Translations under genes and position numbers: made by a program
Part shown: positions 21,477-30,583 of the stretch, one piece after another
Position numbering within the stretch: position 1 is the first letter of the stretch
Layout of the letters: the number at the start of each line of letters is the position of its first letter
The notes under the pieces: model-generated
What the model was told of the DNA's origin: nothing
The model's database searches: none
The model's input: the letters and a program-made list of their open reading frames with translations, nothing else
Virus record (IMG/VR): IMGVR_UViG_3300037826_000058
Location: 1 to 64,000 of that record
Strand: one strand, 5' to 3'
DNA: 64,000 nt
Source of the DNA: a virus

Positions 21477-22241
21477 TCATATCACTCCTAAAGACAACTG
21501 TTGGGGGCGCAGAATAGTATAATCCGCATCTTGGTGAGCAAACAACCGCTCTACTCTATCCTCGCGCCCGTTCTTCCCTCGTATGTCGGTACGAGTAGAA
21601 TACTGAACGACACACTTAAAATCATCAGGGGCACGATACTCTGACACAATAACATCATGCCCCTGAGCAACCAACCCTCTAATCACTTCCCAAAATTTGG
21701 TGGTGCTCCAATTATCTATAGCATCATAGCCTGTAGTGGCTTTGTAGGGTGGGTCACAATAAATCAGGCACCGCTTTCCCTCTATGACACTTGGTAATCC
21801 TTCCAAGAAGTCATGGACAAAAAACACCGGATTGAGATGCGCAATCTCGTTTACCTTTGCTAGGAGACTGTTCCTAGCGTTTTGCGCATAATTCCTATCA
21901 GTGTTGTCTCTGGCGTACCCACCAAACCATTTACCACCCCAGCTACAACCAAATCCCACGAACGCCGTAAGCGCGGGGTTTTGATTGGGGTTCTCCTTAA
22001 CTCGATAATATTCATCCTCACTAACAACTTTGGGCGGCAACCATCCGTCCATTAGGGCTTTCCACAATGCAATCAGATACTCATTGGCATCACTGCAGAA
22101 AACAGGTGAAGTGTTAATGCGTGTCGTCACCCACGCCGCGCCCACGAAAGGCTCCCAATAAGCTTGGGCGGGGCGACGAATGGTATTTAACACACCACCA
22201 ATCTCATCCCTAAGCCGATACTTGCCGCCCAAATAATTCAT
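21477..22241 (-). CDS. DNA adenine methyltransferase (Dam-like, D12 class)
   Basis: MNYLGGKY, YWEPFVGAA, IYCDPPY, IVSEY. Confidence 0.9.
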   Translation of the reverse strand: MNYLGGKYRLRDEIGGVLNTIRRPAQAYWEPFVGAAWVTTRINTSPVFCSDANEYLIALWKALMDGWLPPKVVSEDEYYRVKENPNQNPALTAFVGFGCSWGGKWFGGYARDNTDRNYAQNARNSLLAKVNEIAHLNPVFFVHDFLEGLPSVIEGKRCLIYCDPPYKATTGYDAIDNWSTTKFWEVIRGLVAQGHDVIVSEYRAPDDFKCVVQYSTRTDIRGKNGREDRVERLFAHQDADYTILRPQQLSLGVI

Positions 22242-23846
22242 AATTCACCGCTCTCCCATATGATACAGCATTATATCCAAGGAAGCATTCAGGTCTCGCA
22301 TCTCTTCAGCCGCTCCCACCAGAGCCTTAACAGCAGCTATCTTCAAGGCCCTATCGAAGTTTCTCTCGTTAAGAGAGATAAAACTCTCCGCGTCCTTTAA
22401 GTGTTCCTTAGCTTCTTCGACGTACTTATTGTCCATTTTTCCACCACTCCTTTGGTTTGTGAGGTGGGATGCTGTGATACAAACAGCACCCGTCGTTACA
22501 CACACTTACACTGGATAAGACGCGCCTGCCACACCTGGGACACTTCAGGCGCATCCGCTCCATACCGGTAGGTCTCTTCTCTTCCTGTGCTTCATTGTGG
22601 TCGATGTCAGGGGTTTGAGACCCGTCATAAACTCTACCGTCCCACCCCGCACACAGTCCCTGTTCTGTGTACCTTTCAGGGAGGTGATCAGGTAGATTGG
22701 ACAGAGGGTCATTTACTATAGGCTCTTTAGGCATTTGTCTGCCATGAACCTTACGGCAATCACCCCGACTACCTCTTGGGGTTCCTATCGCCATCGGGTC
22801 TCTAGAACAAGTGCTCATCCTGTTTCTCCCCACGCCCTGTTGCCCTCTTCTACCCTTATCATCTGAGCAAGGCGCTCTGCCCCCCTCCTGATATATACTA
22901 GGTGAGAGTCCGGTATCTCAGAAATAATCTTACGAACCTGATCTTCCGTTTCAGGCTCTAATGCTAGCAAGAATGCATTGGCTTCTTCAAACCTAGTCAA
23001 CGTCATCGATAAACTCCAATCCCTGCACCTTCTTTTCCGGAAAATACCTTCTGTATGATGTTACAGTGTACTTCCCATTCGCCCAGAACTTCAAACGGTA
23101 CATCGCCGAAATCCCAGCAAGACGCCCTGTATGAATACCAGTGACCTCCCACTCGTGACCATCGTATTTGAATTTGTCACCAACCTTTACCATGCCCCCG
23201 TCCCCTTGAACACCCTAAACACCCTGTACCGCTCACCACTCTCGTTTATCCGATGAAGAAGCTTAACCCTGCGAGCGAAAAGAGTGTGACTAGGCCACGA
23301 CCATTGACCAAACGGCTCATCTAAATACATAGGCCTAACATAACCCTTGGGCCTGCGTGCCTGTAAAGGCTCACTAATCCCCATAGCCCAGGCTACCCAA
23401 ACTTCATGGTCTTCAAAGGTGAACAAAAGAGCCTTGGGCATCGCCCTAAACACGGTTAGATGATAACCCAAGCGTTGACACCACTCCGGAGCCTCAACAA
23501 ACCTATGAGGCTTGTACATTACCCTGGCAGGCCCCTCAGCCGTACTAGAAAACAACTTATCCCCTTCACGCGTCACTATCTTGTATACAACCATACTACC
23601 CCCTAAAAATCGTACCTGTCGATAACCTTCTCCACCCCTTCTTCAAGTGCCCTAAGGGAACCCCTGAATGAGGAAATCCATTCGCCAATCTCGGCCCGCC
23701 TGTCGTTATTCCCGCAACCATCGTAATCTTGCTGGGCGTCGGCAATCTCGCTCCTGTACGCCTCTATGACCATATCAACTTGCTCACCTAACGTGGGTTC
23801 TGCGCTCATTAGTCACCCCCTTCAAACTGATTACCGTTACGATACA

Positions 23847-23875
23847 ATGATACACCAATTCATTGCGGTTGTCAA
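23847..23875 (-). promoter_or_regulatory. sigma70-type promoter heading the leftward block
   Basis: TTGACA-17-TATCAT on the minus strand. Confidence 0.8.
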
Positions 23876-24619
23876 GGGGGTAAACCTTAAAATCGTGCTA
23901 GAAACCCTTTCTACTCTATTCTAGAGGGGGGTGAGCGACGGTAAAAGGGGGGCAGGATGGTATATAAAGGGTCAGTAGGGTAGAACGGGGATGGGGTAGT
24001 TGGGGAGAGTACAATGGTTTTTATTGTTTGTGGATTTTGAGCACCGTCTTACACTTGCAAAATTCGGTGTAGGTTTTTTTGGGGGGTGCGTGGCCGTGTT
24101 GCAGGCTCGCTCGCTCGTTCACTCGCTCATGCAATTAATGCGCTATCAATTGCATAGACTATTGCATAATGCTGATGTATAATGAACGATTGACGCTGGT
24201 TTGCAACCGACTATTGCAATTTGACTGGTTACGGTTCGTTTATGCTATATTATGCGAAGTAAAACCGCTGTTTGTTGGCCTGGGTTGCGTATCGGGTTGT
24301 AGTCTGCAATTCATTATGACGTGGGGGTGGGATAGGGTTGGATAACTATATCGTAGATTATAAAAGACGCTTATCTATTTTATTATACTGACTATTCAAT
24401 AGAATTGTGATATATAAAGGTGCTTTTCAATTATAGAGTAGATGGTATCGGCAGGGTGCTGGCGTAGTAGTGGGTAAGGTATCGGCCTAGGGTGGCCATA
24501 GCGCGTTTAATGGCGTTTTATGGCGTTTTGCGGCGCAATAGGTAGTATGGTATAGGTATATCGATTTTAGCGCGTTTTAGGCTATGTTTTGGTGCCTGGC
24601 GATTTTAGGATTTTTTTAA

Positions 24620-24648
24620 TTGACAATTTTACTTTGAAATTGTAGAAT
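24620..24648 (+). promoter_or_regulatory. Early-type promoter, repeated family
   Basis: TTGACAATTTTACTT...TAGAAT; the same -35 and spacer recur at 25315 and 28022. Confidence 0.85.
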
Positions 24649-24682
24649 AAAATTGGTTTGGGAAAGTTACAAGGAGGGTAGG

Positions 24683-24802
24683 ATGATTGTAGTCGAAAAG
24701 CATGAGGTTGTGCGAATTATGATGGAATTGGCACAGCGTGGAATTGACGCTTTGGCCGTAGATGAAATTGATCAGATAGTGATTGTCATAGTGGGAGGGT
24801 AA
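24683..24802 (+). CDS. 39-aa hypothetical protein
   Basis: AAGGAGG RBS; MIVVEKHEVVRIMMELAQRG... Confidence 0.55.
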   Translation: MIVVEKHEVVRIMMELAQRGIDALAVDEIDQIVIVIVGG

Positions 24803-24803
24803 C

Positions 24804-25118
24804 ATGTATTATATCAGACAAAAGTATGGGAAGCTAGTAGACGCGTCTAACCAATTACGCCAGCATGTCGAAGCTGGCGAAATGAACATGGCCAAATCGC
24901 TATACGTTAAGGTGACTGGCGAACAGCCGCCAGTCACAATCGATGATAAGGTTTGGTGGCGGTTCAATGCAGTCAATCACGTTAAAACCTCCCACGGGTT
25001 CACCGTGGAGGATTACGCCAGTGTATCCCATATAAACGGGCGGCGAAAGTATCGCCGTCTTTGTGCCATGGCCGAGGCGCGGGTGGGTGGCGAATGGGAG
25101 GTTGTTTACGAATACTGA
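24804..25118 (+). CDS. Hypothetical protein
   Basis: GGAGG RBS; followed by a 14-bp-stem hairpin at 25131-25165. Confidence 0.65.
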   Translation: MYYIRQKYGKLVDASNQLRQHVEAGEMNMAKSLYVKVTGEQPPVTIDDKVWWRFNAVNHVKTSHGFTVEDYASVSHINGRRKYRRLCAMAEARVGGEWEVVYEY

Positions 25119-25204
25119 GTTTTGTTTGTGCCCTTGACCAGTACGACGCCAGTACTGGTCAAGGGTAAGTATTAAACGGAGGGTTACGTTTGGGAGGATT
25201 TACG

Positions 25205-25303
25205 ATGAAAGCGTTTGTGTTCGCCGTTTTATTCCTTGGTTTGGTTGGGGTGGTCTATTACATACTGGTTTACGTACCAACCATGGCCAGCTTGGGGTTT
25301 TAG
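25205..25303 (+). CDS. 32-aa hydrophobic peptide
   Basis: GGAGGA RBS; MKAFVFAVLFLGLVGVVYYILVYVPTMASLGF. Confidence 0.55.
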   Translation: MKAFVFAVLFLGLVGVVYYILVYVPTMASLGF

Positions 25304-25314
25304 GAAAGTTTTAG

Positions 25315-25343
25315 TTGACAATTTTACTTTGTTGGTGTACAAT
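25315..25343 (+). promoter_or_regulatory. Early-type promoter
   Basis: TTGACA-17-TACAAT. Confidence 0.85.
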
Positions 25344-25377
25344 AGAATTGGTTGGGAAAAGTTTAAGGAGGGTTGAA

Positions 25378-25965
25378 ATGAGTGAAATCAAGGACTTGAA
25401 AGCAAAAGCAGAATGCGCTAAGGACACCTTAATCAGCATTCGCAAGGAGTCCGAACAGAAGCTGATGGATGCGGCAGCGATATTTGCTTCTGTTAAAGAA
25501 CAGAAGTTATACAAAGCGTGGGGCGACGGCTTCACGTTTAAGGATTTCTGCGAAATGACCGGGTGGTCACGCCAGCACGTCTATCGCATTATACGCATCT
25601 ACGCAAACGAGACCACCCGCGAAAATTTCGACCGTCTGGGCGTCTTGAAATCAGTTCGCATAGACCGAGCGAGTAGAAAGTTAGAAAGCATGGACGTTCC
25701 GGAAGACAAAGCCCAAGAAATCACTAACGAGCTGGTTGAATTCGCGGCGGAGAAGTCCGCGGTTCAATTAAAGGATAAGATTGAGCATGTGATAGCACAA
25801 ACGCAACCGGAACCGGAACCGGAACCGGAAGACAATGAGCTGAAGCGTCTATTGGAAAAGAAAAGCAGACTAGTGCAAAAGCGAGACCGGTTGCAAAACG
25901 AATTGGCAAGGTTGCAAGCAGACATCGCGCAGATTTCGCAGGACATTGACGCTCTTACCGAGTAG
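25378..25965 (+). CDS. HTH plus coiled-coil protein (candidate regulator)
   Basis: AAGGAGG RBS; FKDFCEMTGWSRQHVYRIIRIY HTH-like; PEPEPE linker; C-terminal coiled coil. Confidence 0.65.
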   Translation: MSEIKDLKAKAECAKDTLISIRKESEQKLMDAAAIFASVKEQKLYKAWGDGFTFKDFCEMTGWSRQHVYRIIRIYANETTRENFDRLGVLKSVRIDRASRKLESMDVPEDKAQEITNELVEFAAEKSAVQLKDKIEHVIAQTQPEPEPEPEDNELKRLLEKKSRLVQKRDRLQNELARLQADIAQISQDIDALTE

Positions 25966-25987
25966 ATTATCCGGATGATTGTAGCAT

Positions 25988-26004
25988 TGTAACATGATGT
26001 TACA
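25988..26004. repeat. 17-bp palindrome A, copy 2
   Basis: TGTAACATGATGTTACA, overlapping a larger inverted repeat at 25971-26013. Confidence 0.9.
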
Positions 26005-26035
26005 ATCATCCGGTAGAAAAGTAAAGGATAGGATA

Positions 26036-27436
26036 ATGAAAGAACAGATTGTACTACCAACAGATCATTTCAAAAGACGAGTCAGAAATCAGTATAGCCA
26101 GCTAGACTTAGCTATCCCACGGGAGGTGATACAAAACTCCCACGACGCCGGTGCCAACCGGATTGAGTTTTGTTTTACAAACCATGGCTTTCACGCAACT
26201 GACAATGGCAACGGTATCAATGGCATTGAAAAGTTTAGGGAAGTCTATTTGACGCTGGGTGGTAGCGAGAAATCCGATGGAGCCATAGGCAGTTTTGGGG
26301 CGGCGAAAGAACTTCTTTCGCTGGCCTGGTCAAGATGGTATGTTAAAAGCCAAGGTTTCAAGGTGGAGGGTGAAGCCGCGGCGCCTCCCACCTCTTACGC
26401 TGGCGCCGATCATGGCGTTGAAACCGGTTTCGTGATAGGCGCGGAGGATGATACCCTTGACGGCCTAGAAATCCGGTATCAGCTTGAAAAGCTAGTCGGA
26501 TTGTCACGGTTGCCAGGGATTGACGTCTACTCCGGCTTCAAGAACGCCAAAGCCGAACGGGTGCCACAGGGGCGAACGTTACGCTCCAACCAGAAAGTAA
26601 AGGAATTCGAATTTGGCACCCTATACGTTCATAAGTCCAGCCCAGGGCCATTTGAGAAGCCGGGTCAATTATACATTCGAACGCGGGGCCTTTACACGTG
26701 CTCCGAGCACGTGGGGGGGGATTACGTTTGGTATCTGGTTTTAGACGCTCCCAGCACCGAGGTCTTGACGGAGAATCGGGATAGCTTGCGCTATACCGTC
26801 AAGCGAGAGGTGCAAAAGTGTGTCCAAGACCTTGACCGTGGGCATCAGACCGAGACTATGGGCAATCCCACCTTAAAAGTATACACTGAGAAAGGTTGGG
26901 CATCCGAATCCGACGGGCAGGGAGGGTGGGAAACCAAGGGGAGCGACGGCCAACTTTTAGACGCTTCCCACGGTGAAAGCTATCATCGTTATTGGCGAAA
27001 GCCGTTCGCTATAGCGAATGATACCGGAAAGGATATATCATTGACCACGGCGTCCGGAAACCCGCGGCCCAGCATCACCAAGCCGCTAGAGGTTTACAGC
27101 CGGGCGCTGAAGATGATTGTAGCGGCGGCGGGCCTAGAGGATGAATACCTTGCGGGCCTTTACTACGGAGCTTCTGCTTGGGCGGTATTCGCGCCGTTCG
27201 CCGGCCACAGGGTGGTAGCGCTTTCACCGGAATTAATAGAACGTTCCGGCTATGAAATCGTAGATACCATCATTCATGAGCTGGCGCACAAGCGCTACAA
27301 ATACCATAACCAAGATTATGAATGCGCCAGAAGCGAGATTGCCAGCAAGATTGGCGATAGCATTATAGCAATCGTTTCGGAAGTCAACCGCTTACGAAAC
27401 GAACCGGCCCAGCGTGGTCGGTACTGGGAAAATTAA
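26036..27436 (+). CDS. GHKL (HATPase_c) ATPase fused to an HExxH zinc-protease-like domain
   Basis: REVIQNSHDAGA, DNGNG, GSFGAAK (Bergerat motifs); C-terminal TIIHELAH...YHNQDY. Confidence 0.75.
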   Translation: MKEQIVLPTDHFKRRVRNQYSQLDLAIPREVIQNSHDAGANRIEFCFTNHGFHATDNGNGINGIEKFREVYLTLGGSEKSDGAIGSFGAAKELLSLAWSRWYVKSQGFKVEGEAAAPPTSYAGADHGVETGFVIGAEDDTLDGLEIRYQLEKLVGLSRLPGIDVYSGFKNAKAERVPQGRTLRSNQKVKEFEFGTLYVHKSSPGPFEKPGQLYIRTRGLYTCSEHVGGDYVWYLVLDAPSTEVLTENRDSLRYTVKREVQKCVQDLDRGHQTETMGNPTLKVYTEKGWASESDGQGGWETKGSDGQLLDASHGESYHRYWRKPFAIANDTGKDISLTTASGNPRPSITKPLEVYSRALKMIVAAAGLEDEYLAGLYYGASAWAVFAPFAGHRVVALSPELIERSGYEIVDTIIHELAHKRYKYHNQDYECARSEIASKIGDSIIAIVSEVNRLRNEPAQRGRYWEN

Positions 27437-27447
27437 GAGGGTTTTAA

Positions 27448-27476
27448 GAGACAAGTTTACCTTGCCCGGCTATAAT
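27448..27476 (+). promoter_or_regulatory. Promoter, variant -35
   Basis: GGTTTTAAGAGACA-17-TATAAT; the same -35 context recurs at 28471-28507. Confidence 0.6.
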
Positions 27477-27556
27477 AGAGATAGTCGGGCAAGGTTTTGA
27501 ACGGGCATAGGTGACGGGGGGAATGGCGGCAGCCCAGCCCAAAAGACCGCCAGCGT

Positions 27557-27636
27557 GGGGGGCCATAGTCGGGAAAGCGCTTTGGAAAGCGGCCTTGACT
27601 CGGTGTCCGGCGCGGGTTCAAATCCCAAGCCCTCCA
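27557..27636 (+). ncRNA. tRNA/tmRNA-like element (not a canonical tRNA)
   Basis: GGGGGGC/GCCCTCC-A acceptor-like stem and GGGTTCAAATCCC T-loop; T-stem imperfect, no canonical D or anticodon arm. Confidence 0.4.
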
Positions 27637-27656
27637 AATCTGAAACAAAACGCGGG

Positions 27657-27673
27657 TGTAACATGATGTTACA
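27657..27673. repeat. 17-bp palindrome A, copy 3
   Basis: TGTAACATGATGTTACA. Confidence 0.9.
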
Positions 27674-27707
27674 CTCAAGAAATCCAAAAGAAGGAAAGGA
27701 AAAGATC

Positions 27708-28004
27708 ATGACACACGTTAAGAAGCGACTACAGGAAAGGCTTCACCCAGCGTTTGGTTTGTCCGAACGCCAGGCCCGCCAGCTGATTGCGGATGCGTTA
27801 TACCTCATTCGCAAGCACCAGCTGGAGTCAGATTGTATCATCCAGCTGGCGGAAGCTGACCGCAAGGTCACACTTCCGGATGGTAGCAACGGCGACACGT
27901 TGCAATTGATTGTCCGGGGCGACCAGCCCCAGACGGTCTTGTTGCGGCGGTCAAGTCAACCGCCATTGTCCGGGCTACCGTTATATAAGCTAGTCCGGCG
28001 GTGA
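27708..28004 (+). CDS. Hypothetical protein (start MTHVKK)
   Basis: AAGGA RBS; SNGD..L.VR motif. Confidence 0.6.
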   Translation: MTHVKKRLQERLHPAFGLSERQARQLIADALYLIRKHQLESDCIIQLAEADRKVTLPDGSNGDTLQLIVRGDQPQTVLLRRSSQPPLSGLPLYKLVRR

Positions 28005-28021
28005 TTTTAAGGAATCTTTAG

Positions 28022-28055
28022 TTGACAATTTTACTTGGTTGTGGTAGTATATAAT
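28022..28055 (+). promoter_or_regulatory. Early-type promoter
   Basis: TTGACAATTTTACTT...TGGTAGTATATAAT. Confidence 0.8.
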
Positions 28056-28097
28056 CAGCACACACAACCAACAAGCGCATAATTAAAGGAGACAGAA

Positions 28098-28379
28098 ATG
28101 AGTGAAATAGTGAACAGCCGAAATGAAATCCCAGAGGCCCCGCTATACGTGTTGGCAAACGACGAATTCATGAGCGGGTGGGGTCACGCCAAGGGGAAGA
28201 CCAACGTGTGCGTCTGCCCATGCGAAACGCAGGAACAAGCCCAGAAGGTGCGGGCAAATCTGGAAGCGCGACCAGAGATGAAGCGAGTCCGCACCGTATG
28301 CAACAAGCCCCGGTTGACCACATGGAATCACCTTTACAGCCTCTTTTCGCCGGAGGACGCTCCGGCATTCTACGAATAG
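28098..28379 (+). CDS. Hypothetical protein
   Basis: AAGGAG RBS directly after the promoter. Confidence 0.7.
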   Translation: MSEIVNSRNEIPEAPLYVLANDEFMSGWGHAKGKTNVCVCPCETQEQAQKVRANLEARPEMKRVRTVCNKPRLTTWNHLYSLFSPEDAPAFYE

Positions 28380-28386
28380 CGTCCAA

Positions 28387-28460
28387 GGGGCCTAAACCAG
28401 AGGTGGCTAGGCTTAAACGACGGTGACAATTCGCAAGGCGAATAACACCGCGCCCGATCT
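28387..28460 (+). repeat. 74-nt structured repeat, copy 1
   Basis: 67/74 identical to 31077-31150. Confidence 0.85.
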
Positions 28461-28523
28461 TTTCTAGGATGGTTTTAAGAGACATCTTTACCATCCTATG
28501 GTATAGTAGAATGGAGAAAAGAA

Positions 28524-28694
28524 ATGGAAATCACAAAAGAACTTTTGGAACGCAGACTAAAAGACCTTGGAATTGAGAAAAGCGCCGATGAAGTGCTGAA
28601 AGAGTTTCGCCAGTATCGGCGCGGGGATGGAGAGGGGCCAACATACCCGTTTCCTATCGTTTGGATTGCGGCAGACTTAACAAAAGGGGAATGA
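28524..28694 (+). CDS. 56-aa hypothetical protein
   Basis: GGAG RBS; MEITKELLERRLKDLG... Confidence 0.55.
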   Translation: MEITKELLERRLKDLGIEKSADEVLKEFRQYRRGDGEGPTYPFPIVWIAADLTKGE

Positions 28695-29029
28695 TGGACT
28701 ATATCACGAAGTACAGACACCTGTGCAAGCCTTGCGCTTCAAAGGTTGCGTCCATCGCTGGCATGATGGACAGCGACATACTGGGGGATAGTCAGTATAC
28801 CGCAGACCCGGAAGGCCCCCTGATGTATGCCAGCGACCACAACCTCTTGTGCGGCGGTGCGCATTGCCGCGCTACCGCCGAAGGCGACCGGCCCAACACC
28901 GGCACCAAGGTCTTCACGTGCCACGGGCAAGCGACCGTCAAGGCGTGGCACGGGGACATGGGGCGCTACGAGGTTGTATTGTCCAACGGGCATTATTTCT
29001 ACGCCAGACCGACCAATATATCTTTGTAA
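28691..29029 (+). CDS. Hypothetical Cys/His-containing protein
   Basis: ATGA overlap with the upstream ORF; stop lies inside palindrome A. Confidence 0.55.
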   Translation: MMDYITKYRHLCKPCASKVASIAGMMDSDILGDSQYTADPEGPLMYASDHNLLCGGAHCRATAEGDRPNTGTKVFTCHGQATVKAWHGDMGRYEVVLSNGHYFYARPTNISL

Positions 29030-29041
29030 CATGATGTTACA
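29025..29041. repeat. 17-bp palindrome A, copy 4
   Basis: TGTAACATGATGTTACA. Confidence 0.9.
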
Positions 29042-29058
29042 GTCAGGAAAAGGAGAGG

Positions 29059-29694
29059 GTGATGAACAAGACATATAAAGGCTACAAGATAGTTGTCACA
29101 AGAGACCAATACCCGGAAAGCCCCAGGCGGTGGGGCAACCTGGGGACAATTGTCCATTGGCATAAACGATATGACTTTGGCGAGGAGCGGGTGAGATTTG
29201 AGACCCGCGAGGAGCACCGGCGGTTTGAGAAGCAAATGGGGGAGCACCCCGTAGCATTACCCCTTTACCTGTACGACCACAGCGTCCAGAGCATAAGCAC
29301 CCGAAGTTTCCATGGCCGCGCCCATCACGCGGCATGGGACTCTGGGCGGGTGGGCTACGTCTACGCCAGCCGGGAAGCGATTTTAGAATGGTTTCCGGGA
29401 TGGAAACGCATTACCAAGGCACGAAAGGAGCGCGTCCGGGAAATTCTTGAAAGTGAAATCGAAACGTTCGACATGTACATCCGCGGGGAGGTCTACGGCT
29501 ACCACATCGTAACCCCCAGTGGGGAGACCATCCCCGGTTGCTATGGGTTTTACGGGAATCCTGAGGAAAGCGGGCTTTTGGATGAAGCTAAGAGCATCGT
29601 AGACTACGAGGAAGAGAAAAGACAAGAAAGGGAACGGGAACAGGTAAGGGCATGGAATCGTAACAGTGGCTTTGCCCCCCTGTTCGCAAGGTAG
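29059..29694 (+). CDS. Hypothetical phage protein
   Basis: AAGGAG RBS; PESPRRWGNLGT, LPLYLYDHS, WDSGRVG motifs; function unknown. Confidence 0.7.
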   Translation: MMNKTYKGYKIVVTRDQYPESPRRWGNLGTIVHWHKRYDFGEERVRFETREEHRRFEKQMGEHPVALPLYLYDHSVQSISTRSFHGRAHHAAWDSGRVGYVYASREAILEWFPGWKRITKARKERVREILESEIETFDMYIRGEVYGYHIVTPSGETIPGCYGFYGNPEESGLLDEAKSIVDYEEEKRQEREREQVRAWNRNSGFAPLFAR

Positions 29695-29768
29695 CAGAAA
29701 TGGCGGTGCTTACCCTAGCACCGCCGATCACATCTATCTACCGATAGATAGAAATCAAATAGTGAGGA

Positions 29769-29999
29769 ATGAAGACAATGAATATCACAAATGACGAATT
29801 AAGTAACTTTCCAACGTCCAAGCTCGTGGTAGCAGCACGACAAGCACGGCGAGCGGTTTACAGCAACGCCCGCCAGGGCGTCACCGGCGACAAGGTAGCT
29901 TGGGAAGCAGCACTTGAACGTGCCAGTTTGAGCAATAGACTAGCATCACGCGCCCGCGCTAGGTTCCGGCGCGGGAACTTGAAAATCCGGTTGGGTTAG
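29769..29999 (+). CDS. Small basic hypothetical protein
   Basis: GAGGA RBS. Confidence 0.55.
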   Translation: MKTMNITNDELSNFPTSKLVVAARQARRAVYSNARQGVTGDKVAWEAALERASLSNRLASRARARFRRGNLKIRLG

Positions 30000-30017
30000 T
30001 AGTTAAAGGAGAGGGAA

Positions 30018-30500
30018 ATGTTACACGAAGCGCATGAAATGGGCAAGAAGTACCTAAAAGAGCACCCTGAACACCGGGGAAAGCGCGTTCGATTGGTCAC
30101 GGGGTTTCAATCCCCAGGATACAACGGATACACCGTTATCCGGAAACGGCCCCTAGGCCCGCGCCTAGGGCTAGGGGAATCCCGAAGGGTGGGAAGTGGG
30201 AACAACGGTGATTGCATCTACACCGTCAAGGTGGGCACCGTTGTAACAGTGGCCGTACACGGCAACGGCCCCATCAGCTACTATAGCTTTCCAGCCTTGC
30301 CCCACGACGAGTCCGGCGCTTACGCAGACCGCCGATGGGAGCACGGTTTCACGCTCAAAGAGCGCATTGAGAGCGTTGAATGGGCCATTGCCAACTGGCC
30401 CGCAGATAGCGACCCCGCGACGTTTTACGAGCTAGACCTAGAGGTTTTGGAATACCAGAAGGAACAAGAAAAGAAGTTTAAGGAGGAATGGGGCGAGTAA
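30018..30500 (+). CDS. Hypothetical protein
   Basis: AAGGAG RBS. Confidence 0.65.
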   Translation: MLHEAHEMGKKYLKEHPEHRGKRVRLVTGFQSPGYNGYTVIRKRPLGPRLGLGESRRVGSGNNGDCIYTVKVGTVVTVAVHGNGPISYYSFPALPHDESGAYADRRWEHGFTLKERIESVEWAIANWPADSDPATFYELDLEVLEYQKEQEKKFKEEWGE

Positions 30501-30583
30501 ACAAAGGGCGGGGGGGGGGCAATCCCCCGCCGATCAGCTGGGCAATAGCTCAGTGCGTTTGGGTAAACAAATAAAGGAGGAAT

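Larger units (their letters stand above)
13018..23809 (-). other. Block of about 30 short minus-strand hypothetical phage genes (e.g. 14085-14441, 14434-14688, 14748-15392, 15392-15718, 15715-16050, 16432-16920, 18179-18526, 18726-19181, 19774-20424, 20623-21150, 23187-23594, 23603-23809)
   Basis: Tightly packed or overlapping ORFs with GGAGG-type RBSs; no recognisable family apart from those listed separately. Confidence 0.7.

Noticed and set aside
24000-24182. 60-aa ORF in the divergence region
   Set aside because: No RBS, low-complexity sequence, and upstream of the first rightward promoter.
27557-27636. Canonical tRNA gene
   Set aside because: No D-arm or anticodon arm geometry and only 3 T-stem pairs; kept only as a tRNA-like element.
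28387-28460. Hammerhead ribozyme or c-di-GMP-I riboswitch
   Set aside because: No CUGANGA/GAAA core; GGCCTAAACC matches only one copy, and the upstream GNRA-capped P2 stem is missing.
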